From: Octopus sinensis
Taxonomy: Eukaryota
DNA: 64,000 bases
Reading direction: 5' to 3'
Assembly: GCF_006345805.1 (NCBI RefSeq)
Contig: NC_043001.1
Span: forward strand, 131,812,001 to 131,876,000
Shown here: positions 1 through 10,927 of the stretch, piece after piece
Layout of the letters: the number at the start of each line of letters is the position of its first letter
How positions within the stretch are numbered: the stretch's first letter is position 1
The notes under the pieces: generated by a model
Seen by the model: the letters and a program-made list of their open reading frames with translations, nothing else
What the model was told of the DNA's origin: nothing
Databases searched by the model: none
Translations under genes and position numbers: made by a program

Positions 1-239
1 GCATTTCAAATATTTATTTGATTTTTATCAAATGGATAAATATATATTATTACCACACATTATAGTAGATTAAATAAGGTCTGTTGCTTGAAATTTTGCA
101 ATCAGAAGTAACGCTGTGCAAGCTTTGTTGAAGGAATAGAAGAACTTTTAAGATCAATGCCGTTCCAGTGGACAGTAACGTAGCAAAGGAAGTAATCTGA
201 CTGGTTTTCATTCTTCCAGCATCAACATATGCCATGCAC

Positions 240-292
<53 letters not shown>

Positions 293-547
293 CATACATA
301 CATACATACATACATACGTACATACATACATACATATGTACATACATACATACATACGTACATACATACATACATACATACATACGTACATACATATGTA
401 CATACATACATACGTACATACATACATACATACATACATACATACGTACATACATACATACATGCATACATACATGCGTGCATACATATATACACACACA
501 CACGCATGCATACATACATGTATACATGCATACGCACATAGAAACAA

Positions 548-578
<31 letters not shown>

Positions 579-854
579 AACAACTTATATATAAGGGCTA
601 AAGAAAATTATTTCAATGCCAATATGCTGATAACAGACTTTTAAATCGTCAATTTCCACATATTATTTACTCGCTACAGAAAAAAACATGAAGAACTGAA
701 ATCGGGGAAGCCGGCCGATAGAATTTATATATATACATATATATATATTGGCAAAACGGTAAGATAACAAAAGAAAGAAAGAAAGAGACCTCATTATTAT
801 GTAAATAGAGGAAATTTATCTATAAAATAATATGTTACATTACTCGATAGTCAA

Positions 855-915
855 GATAAAACTCTGAGCTTCAGATGCCGAAGTGGGAACCCACGACGCC
901 ATCTCTTCGGTTATC
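855..915 (-). ncRNA. Degenerate hammerhead motif related to 3684-3746
   Basis: Minus strand reads GATAA-CCGAAGA-GATGGCG..CGGCATC-T-GAAGC(TCAGA)GT-T-TTATC. Two core substitutions; stems retained. Confidence 0.5.
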
Positions 916-1014
916 TGGCTATTTGAAAACGCTATGAAAAAATACCGTTATACAAAGGGAAATTACTGTGTTATAACTCTGCTTGCCTGCGTATTTATAC
1001 ATCGCTATATATAT

Positions 1015-1047
<33 letters not shown>

Positions 1048-1241
1048 CTATATATATATATATTATATATATATATATATGTATTGTTTGTGGATTAACA
1101 ACGCTGCCAATGGTTTCATGTTGAAAGAATTTCCACAATCTTCAAACGATCCAATTTGAAATGTGGGAAATTGCCTCTATTTCGGATGATCGTGCTAAAT
1201 GCAGTGTTGAGCACTTATTCCTAATGTTCAATACTATCGTG

Positions 1242-1290
<49 letters not shown>

Positions 1291-1291
1291 A

Positions 1292-1612
1292 TACTCTGTC
1301 GGTTACGACGAAAAAGGTCCCAGATGATACGACCAACAGAACAGCCTGCTCGTGTAATTAGCGTGCAAGTGGTTGAGCATTCCACGGACACGTGTACCCT
1401 TAACGCAGTTCTCAGGGTGACTCAGCGTGACACAGAGTGTGACGAGGCTGGCCCCTTGAAATACAGGTACTACTCACTTTTGCTAGCTTAGTGGACTGGA
1501 GCAACGGGAAAATAAAGTGTCTTGCTCAAGGACACAACGCGTTGCCGGAAATTGAAATCACGACCTTACGATCATAAGCCGAATATCCCAACCACTAAGC
1601 CGCGCGCCTTCA
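1292..1612 (-). mobile_element. SINE with a family-C 3' body and a family-D-type head
   Basis: 1292-1480 matches the family C tail. 1490-1612 matches the head seen at 62830-62975 (AGTGTCTTGCTCAAGGACACAAC). Confidence 0.75.
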
Positions 1613-1718
1613 CGCACACACACACAAGCCCTATCTACCCATTATACATATATACATACACACAGAAGTATACATATGGAATAGAGATGTGCCCAAGATC
1701 CATAGATATTATGAATAA

Positions 1719-2111
1719 TCTTAATATATAAAACTGTAGTTGTGTGAGTGTCTGTCCCCTTCGATTTAGATTCCTAACTACTCCCACATTTTGCGGTGCA
1801 GTTTAACCAAAACCGGGTATCTTATAGTCGTGATTCATATCGAGCACTTCTGGGTATTAGCGCTTGTCTACGACGAGGCTACGATTTTAAAAATAATTTA
1901 CCATCATTTTTTTCCATTTTCATGCATATTTTTTTAAAGGGAAGTAACTCTCTAAAAATGTCTACGATGAGTCAACGATTTAAAAAAAATCTACCATCAT
2001 ATTTTTTCCATTTTTAATGCATTTATTTGCTATTTTTTGGCTATAACTCTCTAAAAATCCTGTATAGTTATTTCCCTTACAAACCCGAGCAACGCCGGGC
2101 GATACTGCTAG
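1719..2111 (+). mobile_element. Non-autonomous Helitron (393 bp)
   Basis: A|TC 5' end at 1719. Subterminal hairpin CCCGAGCAACGCCGGG, then CGATACTG CTAG|T at 2111. No target-site duplication. Confidence 0.85.
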
Positions 2112-2228
2112 TAGTTGATAACATCCTATAGGCGTGAGTATATCTTCACAATTGAACATGTAGCATGCAGAAACGTATGTCGCAATACATTAATAAATTT
2201 TCATCCACAAGTCATTATCGTTATTACC

Positions 2229-2462
2229 TATTTCTTTATTACCCACAAGGGGCTAAACACAGAGGGGACTAACAAGGACAGACATAGGTATTAAGTCGAT
2301 TACATCGACCCCAGTGCGTAACTGGTACTTAATTTATCGACCCCCGAAAGGATGAAAGGCAAAGTCGACCTCGGCGGAATTTGAACTCAGAACGTAACGG
2401 CAGACGAAATACGGCTACGTATTTCGCCCGGCGTGCTAACGTTTCTGCCAGCTCGCCGCCTT
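2229..2462 (-). mobile_element. SINE family A monomer. Similar copies: 4040-4217, 6509-6742, 22430-22620, 26170-26378, 30847-31071, 38410-38595, 40050-40246, 45335-45840 (+), 49303-49521
   Basis: Shared head and core sequence as above. Confidence 0.9.
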
Positions 2463-3683
2463 ACCACACGCACGCACACACACACACACCTACCTACCTA
2501 CCTACATACATACATACATACATCCATAGAAATATAGAAATCCATATATATATATCACCTTCGAAACGTAGAGTAGATGAAACCATGGCGACTGAAGAAG
2601 GGTTTTTTTCTTTGTGTTATTTGTCCTGTACTCTATTTTTTTGTTGTTTAAAAAAATGTCCAGTTCCTTGGGTTTGTGTCTATGTTTTCGTTTCTCATTG
2701 TGTTCGACGTTTTTTTGGTGTCCTGTACTCATATATGCGTGTATATATACATGAAGAGGTTGGTACGTACATATATGTATATATATATGCATATGTTTTA
2801 TTTATTAATATATTATATATATATATATATATACATAGAAATATAGAAATCCATATAAATATATATATGAGAAAATTAGAGGAAATGAGGTTGAAGAACC
2901 TTGGGGGCAAAGTTGTAATAACTAGAACCAGAGTCACTGACGTATGACAAGGGATGAAAGATACTAAGCTTATCTGTCTTGATATTTTTATTGATTTTGT
3001 GTCTACGATTCCTGTTTGGCAGAAATGACATTCAGTTATTGGCCATATAAACACGTCCATAAATCAAAGTCGTTCGTAGGCTGTTCGGTCACACGTATAT
3101 ATACACACAAATATATGCATCCATACACTAGATGCACATATACACGGGAACACACACACACACACACATATATTTATATATATACTCTTTTACTTGTTTC
3201 AGTCATTTGACTGCGGCCATGCTGGAGCACCGCCTTTAGTCGAGCAAATCGACCCCAGGACTTATTCTTTGTAAGCCCAGTACTTATTCTATCGGTCTCT
3301 TTTGCCGAACCGCTAAGTGACGGGGACGTAAACACACCAGCATCGGTTGTCAAGCAATGCTAGGGGGACAAACACAGACACACAAACACACACATACATA
3401 CATATATATACATATATACGACAGGCTTCTTTCAGTTTCCGTCAACCAAATCCACTCACAAGGCATTGGTCGGCCCGGGGCTATAGCAGAAGACACTTGC
3501 CCAAGATGCCACGCAGTGGGACTGAACCCGGAACCAGGTGCTTGGTTAGCAAGCTACTTACCACACAGCCATACATATGTATACACACATACATATATAA
3601 TATGACAACTAAAGAATAAATGAGACCCCGATATTATGTAAAATAACGGAATTTATCTATAAATATAATATATATTAAGATCT

Positions 3684-3746
3684 TAATAACTGATGAGATG
3701 CCGGAGCAGACTTCAACCCCGGTGTCCGAAACACTGAGTATTATTA
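3684..3746 (+). ncRNA. Type I hammerhead ribozyme motif in a short PLE-like repeat (about 3615-3750)
   Basis: TAATAA-CTGATGA-GATGCCGG(14 nt)CCGGTGTC-C-GAA-AC(ACTGA)GT-A-TTATTA. Stem I is 6 bp, the core is canonical, stem II has wobble pairs, cleavage triplet GUA (3738-3740). Confidence 0.75.
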
Positions 3747-3763
3747 TGAAAACCAACTAATTG

Positions 3764-3806
<43 letters not shown>

Positions 3807-4384
3807 TATATATTTAGAGTATTTAGGAAATTACTTGATACAGTTATACTCTATCAAGAAAGATTTTTAAAAAACGTTAACATTAAGTAAAAGACTTTTT
3901 AGAGAGTAGTGTGTAGGCCTTAATAAAGCCTACATACAATTTGTGAAATTCCTTCCTAAAAGTTAGTACCATTCTACTCTTTATAAAGACTTTTCTTGAT
4001 CTTAACTTTTTGAAAAAATCTTTCTCTAAATATATAGGCAGCTATTTTGGGGAGGAGATGAGTCGATAACATCGAATCCAGTGTTTCACGAGTACTTACT
4101 TTCTCGATCTCAAAAGGATGAAAGGCAAAGTTGATCTCGGAATTTGAACTCAGAACGTAGCGACAGACGAAATACCGCTCGCCCGGCGTGCTAACGATTC
4201 TGTCAGTTCGCCGCCTTTCTAAATATCAATAATATTAATACGCTAACTTTTTGTTTTTATACGTACCTGTTGTGTGCGTCACACTTCTTTGAAGTGGCAA
4301 AGCGAGAGAGACAGGAGAACAGAGAGGAAGTAAGAGAAAAAGAGAAAGAGAGAAAGTGAGAGAGTGAGAAAGAGAGAGTGAAAG

Positions 4385-4730
4385 AGACAGTGAGTGATGA
4401 AGGCGTTTGCTTTGTTTTTAAATATTTCAGATAGGATGTAAGAGACAAAGAAAGAGAGTGGGAGCGAAAGTGAGAGAGTGAGAGAGACAGTAAGTGGTAA
4501 TGGCGTTCGTTTTGTGTTTTTAAATGTTTCAGAAAAGAAGTAAGACAGAGTGAAAGAGAGTTAGAGAGAAAATGAGAGTGAGAGAGAAAGTGAGTGGTGA
4601 CGGCGTTCGTTTTGTGTTTTGAAATGTTTCAGAGAGGACGTAAGAGAGAAAGTGAGAGAGAAAGAGAGAGAGAGTGAAAGAGACAGTGAGTGGTGATGGC
4701 GTTTGTTTTGCGTTTTTAAATGTTTATCAC
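4385..4730 (+). repeat. Four-unit ~100-bp minisatellite with (GA)-rich spacers
   Basis: Repeated GTGG(T)GATGGCGTTCGTTTTGTGTTTTTAAATGTTT. Confidence 0.8.
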
Positions 4731-5219
4731 ATCGCAAGAGAGGTAGATACATAGATACATATACACATTGTTAAATCAAAAGCAGGAGAGAAGAGTGACA
4801 CATAGAAAGTGAAAGAGAAACAGAGAAAGTGATAGAGACAGTAGATGCATAAATCCAAAGAAAAGTTCATAGATACATAGACACAGCAAATATTGGCTGT
4901 CAATTTCACTTTTCATTACCACATGAGGATAAAATGAACTCACAAATGGTTGAGTACTCTACAGACATGCATAACATTAACCTAGTTCTCAGAGAGATTC
5001 AGCTTCACACAGAGTATGACAAGGCTAGACCCTTTGAATTACAGCTACAGCTCGAGACATATATATATATGAATATATTTGTGTGTGTGTATAGTGTAGG
5101 TTAGTTAAAACACGTTTGCAATAATAAGTGTCACGTGGTAGAAATAAACGCAATTACCAAACATTCATTCATAAATCCATTTAATATTTCGTTCTTTTGC
5201 ATTCCAATTTGTACATTTG

Positions 5220-5492
5220 TACCCAGAAATTTTCAACAACTGCAAGCCAGAAGAAATGAAAAATCGAGTAATTTTATCTCCTAAAAATTCTGTCTTGCAA
5301 TAAATGAAAAAAGTTCTTACCTGCAAGATTGAAGAAGAGGTTCCGAACTATCCATTTTAATTCATAAACTCACTCACTCCATCCGGTTTGCCTCCTCATC
5401 ACCTCAACTTAAAAGTAGGGGCTGTTGTAATGCTGCTAAGAAATCTTCCGATCAGTTATAGATTATGTAATGGAATTCGCATTGTAGTGTAG
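5220..5492 (+). mobile_element. Helitron PIF1-like helicase relic
   Basis: NRVILSPKN ... [32 protein letters not shown]...LCNGIRIVV, matching the Helitron motif FLNSL..SGLPPH.L.LKVG..VMLLRNL...GLCNGTR. Confidence 0.85.
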
Positions 5493-5795
5493 AATATATG
5501 TTCAGTATCAAGTATTGAAATGGCTGTGTGTATATTATAAGAAGAATTCTTAACAAGAAAGAGAATAAATTTAAGAACTATATATTTACTACATAAAAAT
5601 ATATTTTATTCATTTGTTGTCGATGAAACGTAATCAAAATGTAGAATCTAGTTGAATGAAGTAATCTATGCGAGGAAGTTCAGAAATGTAGAAATAACAG
5701 CTAAATGGTGGTTTTCAGTTATGTGGCATAGAGAAATAGACAGGCATAGCAATGACATGAATGGCTCGGAGTCTAGTCGACTAAGAAACAAAGAG

Positions 5796-6457
5796 CAGGG
5801 CAAGCAAGCTGTTTTATTAATGGAGCGCTAAACATTCTAGAAACTTCCAAGAGAAACGCAAAGCTTCTTGGATAATTAAGAATTGCTTCTCATGACGTAG
5901 GTGTTTTGAGAAACTTATTAAAGGGAGATAACTCTATAAATCTACTTGCAAGATATATCATTCAACTATTTTAACCACAGACTACTACACACCCCCTTGG
6001 CAGAATTAACGTTACGCCATAATGAAAATAACAAATGTATACATCATAAAACGTCAAACTATAGGAACAATATCACAGTTCAAATGTAATAAATGCTTGT
6101 TAAATTTTGGGGCTAATACACATATCTACCGCTTTTGGTAGTCCGAGTTTGTGAAGTTGTGTTTTAAGGATGCATTTGTAATGCTGTGTGTGTTGTCTGT
6201 AGTGGGGTTGGAAATAGTTTTTTAATGTGAGCCCTTTTTAGTTTATCAACATAAATAGTGTCTTTACGAACGTTAGTGTCTAAAATGAAAACTTTATCTG
6301 TACGAGAAAGTACGTGAAAGGATCCTGAATACGGTGCTGCTAAAGGATGTTTAATGGCATCGTTACGAAGAAAAACATGAATCCAGGAAAAATAGTCCTT
6401 AGGCAAATATGTTTTAATGTCTTGTTTTCTGGTGTTCATATGCAGTAACTTTGACAT
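5796..6457 (-). mobile_element. Gypsy/Ty3 LTR retrotransposon 3' remnant (integrase C-terminus, polypurine tract, start of 3' LTR)
   Basis: HVFLRNDAIKHPLAAPYSGSFHVLSRTDKVFILD....DTIYVDKLKRAH, then TTKSGRYV*. Purine tract AAGGGGG followed by TGTAGTAG at about 5989. AATAAA downstream. Confidence 0.8.
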
Positions 6458-6749
6458 ATAATCACGTAAGGTTCAACGCAATTTGTAGTGTCTCAATATA
6501 ATAAGTTTTTTATTTCTTTATTGCCCACAAGGGGCTAAACATAGAGGGGACAAACAAGGACAAACAAACGGATTAAGTCGATTACATCGACCCCAGTGCA
6601 TAACTGGTACTTAATTTATCGACCCCGAAAGGATGAAAGGCAAAGTCGACCTCGACGGAATTTGATCTCAGAACGTAACGGCAGACGAAATACGGCTACT
6701 CATTTCGCCCGGCGTGCTAACGTTTCTGCCAGCTCGCCGCCTAAATAAG

Positions 6750-6877
6750 TTTAATAAGTTTCTCAAAACACTTACGTCATGAGAAGTAATTCTTAATTAT
6801 TCAAGAAGCTTCGCGTTTCTCTTGGAAGTTTCTAGAATGTTTAGTGCTCCATTAATAAAAACATCTTGCTTGCCCTG
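6750..6877 (+). repeat. Inverted copy of 5796-5922 (probable LTR segment)
   Basis: Direct reverse-complement match with roughly 10% mismatches. Confidence 0.85.
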
Positions 6878-7449
6878 TACAAACGATAGAGAGACTTAAA
6901 AGGATGGAAGAAAGGCGTTATAAGTTCAACAGCTGTTTCTGGGAGCTCATGTATATATATGTATGTGTATATGTATATAATATATATATATGTGTATATA
7001 CATGTATGAATGCATGTATACATATTCTTGCTTATATGTATTGGTGAACATTTGTGCCTATAAACAGAAAATTTCTTAATATATAGAGAAAAATGTGAAT
7101 ATCTCATTAGAAACCGAGGCTTGCTCAATTACAACCCTGCAATTATTTCACACTGCCAATTATTCAGACGTGTGAAGTAAGAAAGTAGCCTGACAATATG
7201 TAAAGAAAAATATTCGCAAACATATCTTTAGTTAACTACCCATCAAGATTAGATTGGTCACTAAAAAAGTAAATAAATAAATATAAGCTACAAAAATCTA
7301 TCATACATTCACGTATTGACTAAATAAGCACAGAACACTTAATATTTCCTCTATTTACGTGAGAAAACGGGATATGTTCATATCTTCGATATCGTACGTA
7401 AAACACATATAAGCAAGGAAGGTAACTTTTGTTAACGGAGGTTTAGTGT

Positions 7450-7910
7450 TGCTGAATAAATTGATTTTTTTTACTGATATTAGCATCTTCTAGGGTACAG
7501 AAAATTGATTATTTAGGAAATAGACTACTTTGACTAACTGGTAGTGGGAGCCGGCTAAATAAATAGCAATTAAAGTATGTACACGAATTAATGAACTCAA
7601 ATCTATTTTGTTTTTTAATCGCAAAAGTCAGTAATAAAGCATTATACTTCGCTGATAGGCAGATATCGCACCTTCTGGAAATATAATCGTAATGTTGTTG
7701 GCAGTAGTGTTCTAGAATAGAGCAATCGATTTTATAATTGTTAATACCATCAGCCTTTAAATTCCAGATATATCTGGACAGTGAAGTGGTAAAAAGTTCC
7801 TGTGGGTGTTAAAATGTATACCTATGTTGAGAAATTTTTCTTGAGGATTTTCATTAAGCATACAGCATTTTGTTTCTGGTATCTGAAATGGAAACGTTAG
7901 CTCGATAAAC
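7450..7910 (-). mobile_element. Decayed PLE GIY-YIG endonuclease C-terminus and 3' region
   Basis: Minus-strand translation VYRANVS...TTSLSRYIWNLK....NY...; ...LKNKIDLSSLIRVH, resembling the PLE motifs T.LSKYIW.LK and LNKRSEL.S.CRH. Confidence 0.6.
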
Positions 7911-8636
7911 TAATGTTTTAGAGAATTCATGTCGACATATAACAATGAAAACATTTACGGTCTTATAAAGTAATGAATAAAATTATTAATCCTTCACTGA
8001 TAATCACTAATCTATTTCTTAAACTCCAAAATAAAGTGTTGTCTCGATAGTTTGAGTTTACAGCAATATATTGTCTATACAGGTGCGAAAAGAGTGGGAG
8101 ATAGAGAGAGAGAAGGAGAGAAGAGAAACAGAAGGAAAGAGAGAGGGGGAGTAGGAAAGTTGAAGAGAGAGAATTAGAGGGAGAGATTGAAATGACAGGT
8201 TGAATATAAAAAATGCAAAGTGAGAGATTAAGTGTGAGAAGAGAATGAGGATTAGAGGAAGTGATAGGTAGATTAAGAACACCAATATTTACTGCATCAT
8301 ACTCTATCATACAAGTTACATTTTCTATGGCATCTTATGCTTCATAATATAGCAGAGGTTGCAATTAATGATCACATTTACATTTCATAATATTATTAGA
8401 TATTGTAGTATACAGCGATATTTACGTTCCATTTTATGATATAGATTACGTGATGTAATATTGCATTTTAGTGTGTTAATCGCAGCACTTCATAATTCAA
8501 TAGTTTTGGTTTACAGCAATATTTACGTCTCATTATTTTTACGGGATACATTTTCAAAAAGAACAAGGCGCTTTATTTCAGTGTGGCACAGGTTTTAGTT
8601 GAAAATACTGCTGATGTTCATATCTAATCCGATATA

Positions 8637-9052
8637 AGTCGGCGAGCTGGCAGAAACGTTAGCACGTCGGGCGAAATGCGTAGCCGTATTTCGCCTGCCG
8701 TTACGTTGTGGGTTCAAATTCCGCCGAGGTCGACTTTGCCTTTCATCATTTCGGGGTCGATAAATTAAGTACCAGTTACGCACTGGGGTCGATGTAATCG
8801 GCTTAATACCCATGTCTGTCCTTGTTAGTCCCCTCTATGTTTAGCCCCTTGTGGGTAATAAAGAAATAGGTATTTCGGTTGTCTTTACGTTCTGAGTTCA
8901 AATTTCGCCGAGGTCGACTTTGCCTTTCATCTTTTCGGGGTCGATTAAATAAGTACCAGTTACGCACTGGGATCGATATAATCGACTTAATTCGTTTGTT
9001 TGTCCTTGTTTGTCCCCTCTGTGTGTAGCCCCTTGTGGGCAACAAAGAAATA
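8637..9052 (+). mobile_element. SINE family A (Deu/Nin-like core), dimer
   Basis: Head GGCGAGCTGGCAGAAACGTTAGC...GTTCAAATTCC and core GCCTTTCATCCTTTCGGGGTCGATAAATTAAGTACCAG. The second unit starts at 8869. Confidence 0.9.
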
Positions 9053-9315
9053 CATATCTAATCCGATATCATTAATCATAGTCCAAAAATACCACTGGTT
9101 ATATTGGATCAACAGCTGATCTCATGTTATTAGGGAAATGGAATTCTCACACAGGCAATGTTTGATACAATCCTTTATTATTTTTGGAGCTTCTTGGTAT
9201 TTGACGAAAATATCCAACCAGAAGCTCACCTTGAACAGTTTATTATTCCTCGTTAGTGGTTTCAATAGAATATATTTATACGTAGTACATTCACGAAGAG
9301 CATTACTGTTTATGT

Positions 9316-9704
9316 GTGGAGGCGCAATGGCCCAGTGGTTAGGGCAGCGGACTCGCAGTCGTAGGATCGCGGTTTCGATTCCCAGACCGGGCGTTGTGAG
9401 TGTTTATTGAGCGAAAACACCTAAAAGCTCCACGAGGCTCCGGCAGGAGGTGGTGGTGATTCCTGCTGTACCCTTTCACCACAACTTTCTCTCACTCTTA
9501 CTTCCTGTTTCTGTTGTACCTGTATTTCAAAGGGCCGGCCTTGTCAATCTCTGTGTCACGCTGAATATCCCCGAGAACTACGTTAAGGGAACACGTGTCT
9601 GTGGAGTGCTCAGCCACTTACACGTTAATTTCACGAGCAGGCTGTTCCGTTGATTTGTATCAACCGAAACCCTCATCGTCGCAACCGACGGAGTCCTTCC
9701 ATCC
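9316..9704 (+). mobile_element. tRNA(Arg-like)-headed SINE, family C, 11-bp TSD
   Basis: Head GGAGGCGCAATGGCCCAGTGGTTAGGGCAGCGGACTCGC...GTTTCGATTCC with A and B boxes. TSD ACTGTTTATGT at 9305-9315 and 9705-9715. Confidence 0.9.
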
Positions 9705-9864
9705 ACTGTTTATGTTTTTTCAAAAGAACAGCATTTTCTCATCTTCCAGAATCTTCTGAGGAAATTTGTATAGATGAAAATGTTATGTTAAGGGTGTTGT
9801 ACAAAATGTCCTCACATGGACAGATGCATATTCACCAACTGTGAAATCTAACCTCAGGACCACA

Positions 9865-10290
9865 AAGTTGTCCCCTCTGTGTTTAGCCCCTTGTGGGTAG
9901 TAAAGAAATAGGTAGCAGAATCGTTAGCACGTCGGGCGAAATGCTTAGCGGTATTTCGGCTGCCGTTACGTTGTGAGTTCAAATTCCGCCGAGGTCGACT
10001 TTGCCTTTCATCCTTTCGGGGTCGATAAATTAAGTACCAGTTAAGCACTGGGGTCGATATAATCGACTTAATACCTAAGTCTGTCCTTGTTTGTCCCCTC
10101 TGTGTTTAGCCCCTTGTGGGCATTAAAGAAATAGGTATTTCGTCTGTCTTTATGTTCTGAGTTCAAATTCCGCCGAGGTCGACTTTACGTTTCGATAAAT
10201 TAAGTACCAGTTGCGTACTGGCGTCGATCTAATCGACTGTACCCCTTCCCCAAATATTTCGGGCTTTGTGCCTAGAGCAGAAAAGGTTAT
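9865..10290 (+). mobile_element. SINE family A multimer (partial units)
   Basis: Three partial units with junctions at 9910/9911 and 10133/10134. Confidence 0.85.
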
Positions 10291-10379
10291 ACCGCCTTCC
10301 ATAGAAGATACGAAAGAGAGGTAACCATGTGCTGAGAGAAAGCCATAACTTTATAATTAATCAACCAGTACTAGTAACT

Positions 10380-10705
10380 GATTTGAGCTTGTAGGCAGCC
10401 CAGCCTGAACAAATACATAAGAATTAGCGCGAAACAGACGGACAATAAACAAACTTTAGGTGAGTTCAAATATGTTTGTAACATATTTTAACTTCTAAAG
10501 GCAATTTCACTACATTTCATTCCGAAGAAAATTCTCGCTTATGTTAAAAGGTACAAATACAGTCGGGCGATCTTCGAGTGCAAATCAATCACGAATATTG
10601 AGAGGCTTATTATAAAGTGACGGCTTTGTGGCAACTCAATGTTGGTTTTTCTCTTTTGTATCCTCTACTGAAGATGTATTAAGAATCAGAAATGAATATT
10701 AGAGG
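10380..10705 (+). mobile_element. Possible decayed PLE 3' end (GIY-YIG-like relic plus hammerhead-like motif at 10662-10705)
   Basis: Broken translation resembling LI*ACRQPSLNKYIRISAKQ...KILAY. It is followed by CCTCTA-CTGAAGA-TG(T)AT(TAAGA)ATCA-GAAA-TGAATAT-TAGAGG, where the register is off by 1 nt. Confidence 0.35.
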
Positions 10706-10853
10706 CATAGAGAAGGCGCCACTGGGTTGATAAGGGTGTATTTGCACCTTTTACCGTGAACGAAATTTTTTCTCCCCGGTAAACTGCAGTGAAATTGCCT
10801 TTAAAGTTGAAATATGTCACAAGCATATCTGAATTAATCTGATATATATATAT

Positions 10854-10927
<74 letters not shown>

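Noticed and set aside
7451-7497. Hammerhead-like trace after the PLE endonuclease relic
   Set aside because: The core is altered (CTAGAAGA, no GAAA) and stem I is absent, so it is too decayed to call.
8869-9052. Hammerhead inside the 184-nt SINE unit (retrozyme hypothesis)
   Set aside because: No CUGANGA core with matching stems was found on either strand.
9316-9395. tRNA genes at SINE heads (also 13568, 20030-20102, 33735-33807)
   Set aside because: They lack a proper acceptor stem and continue into SINE bodies, three of them with TSDs.
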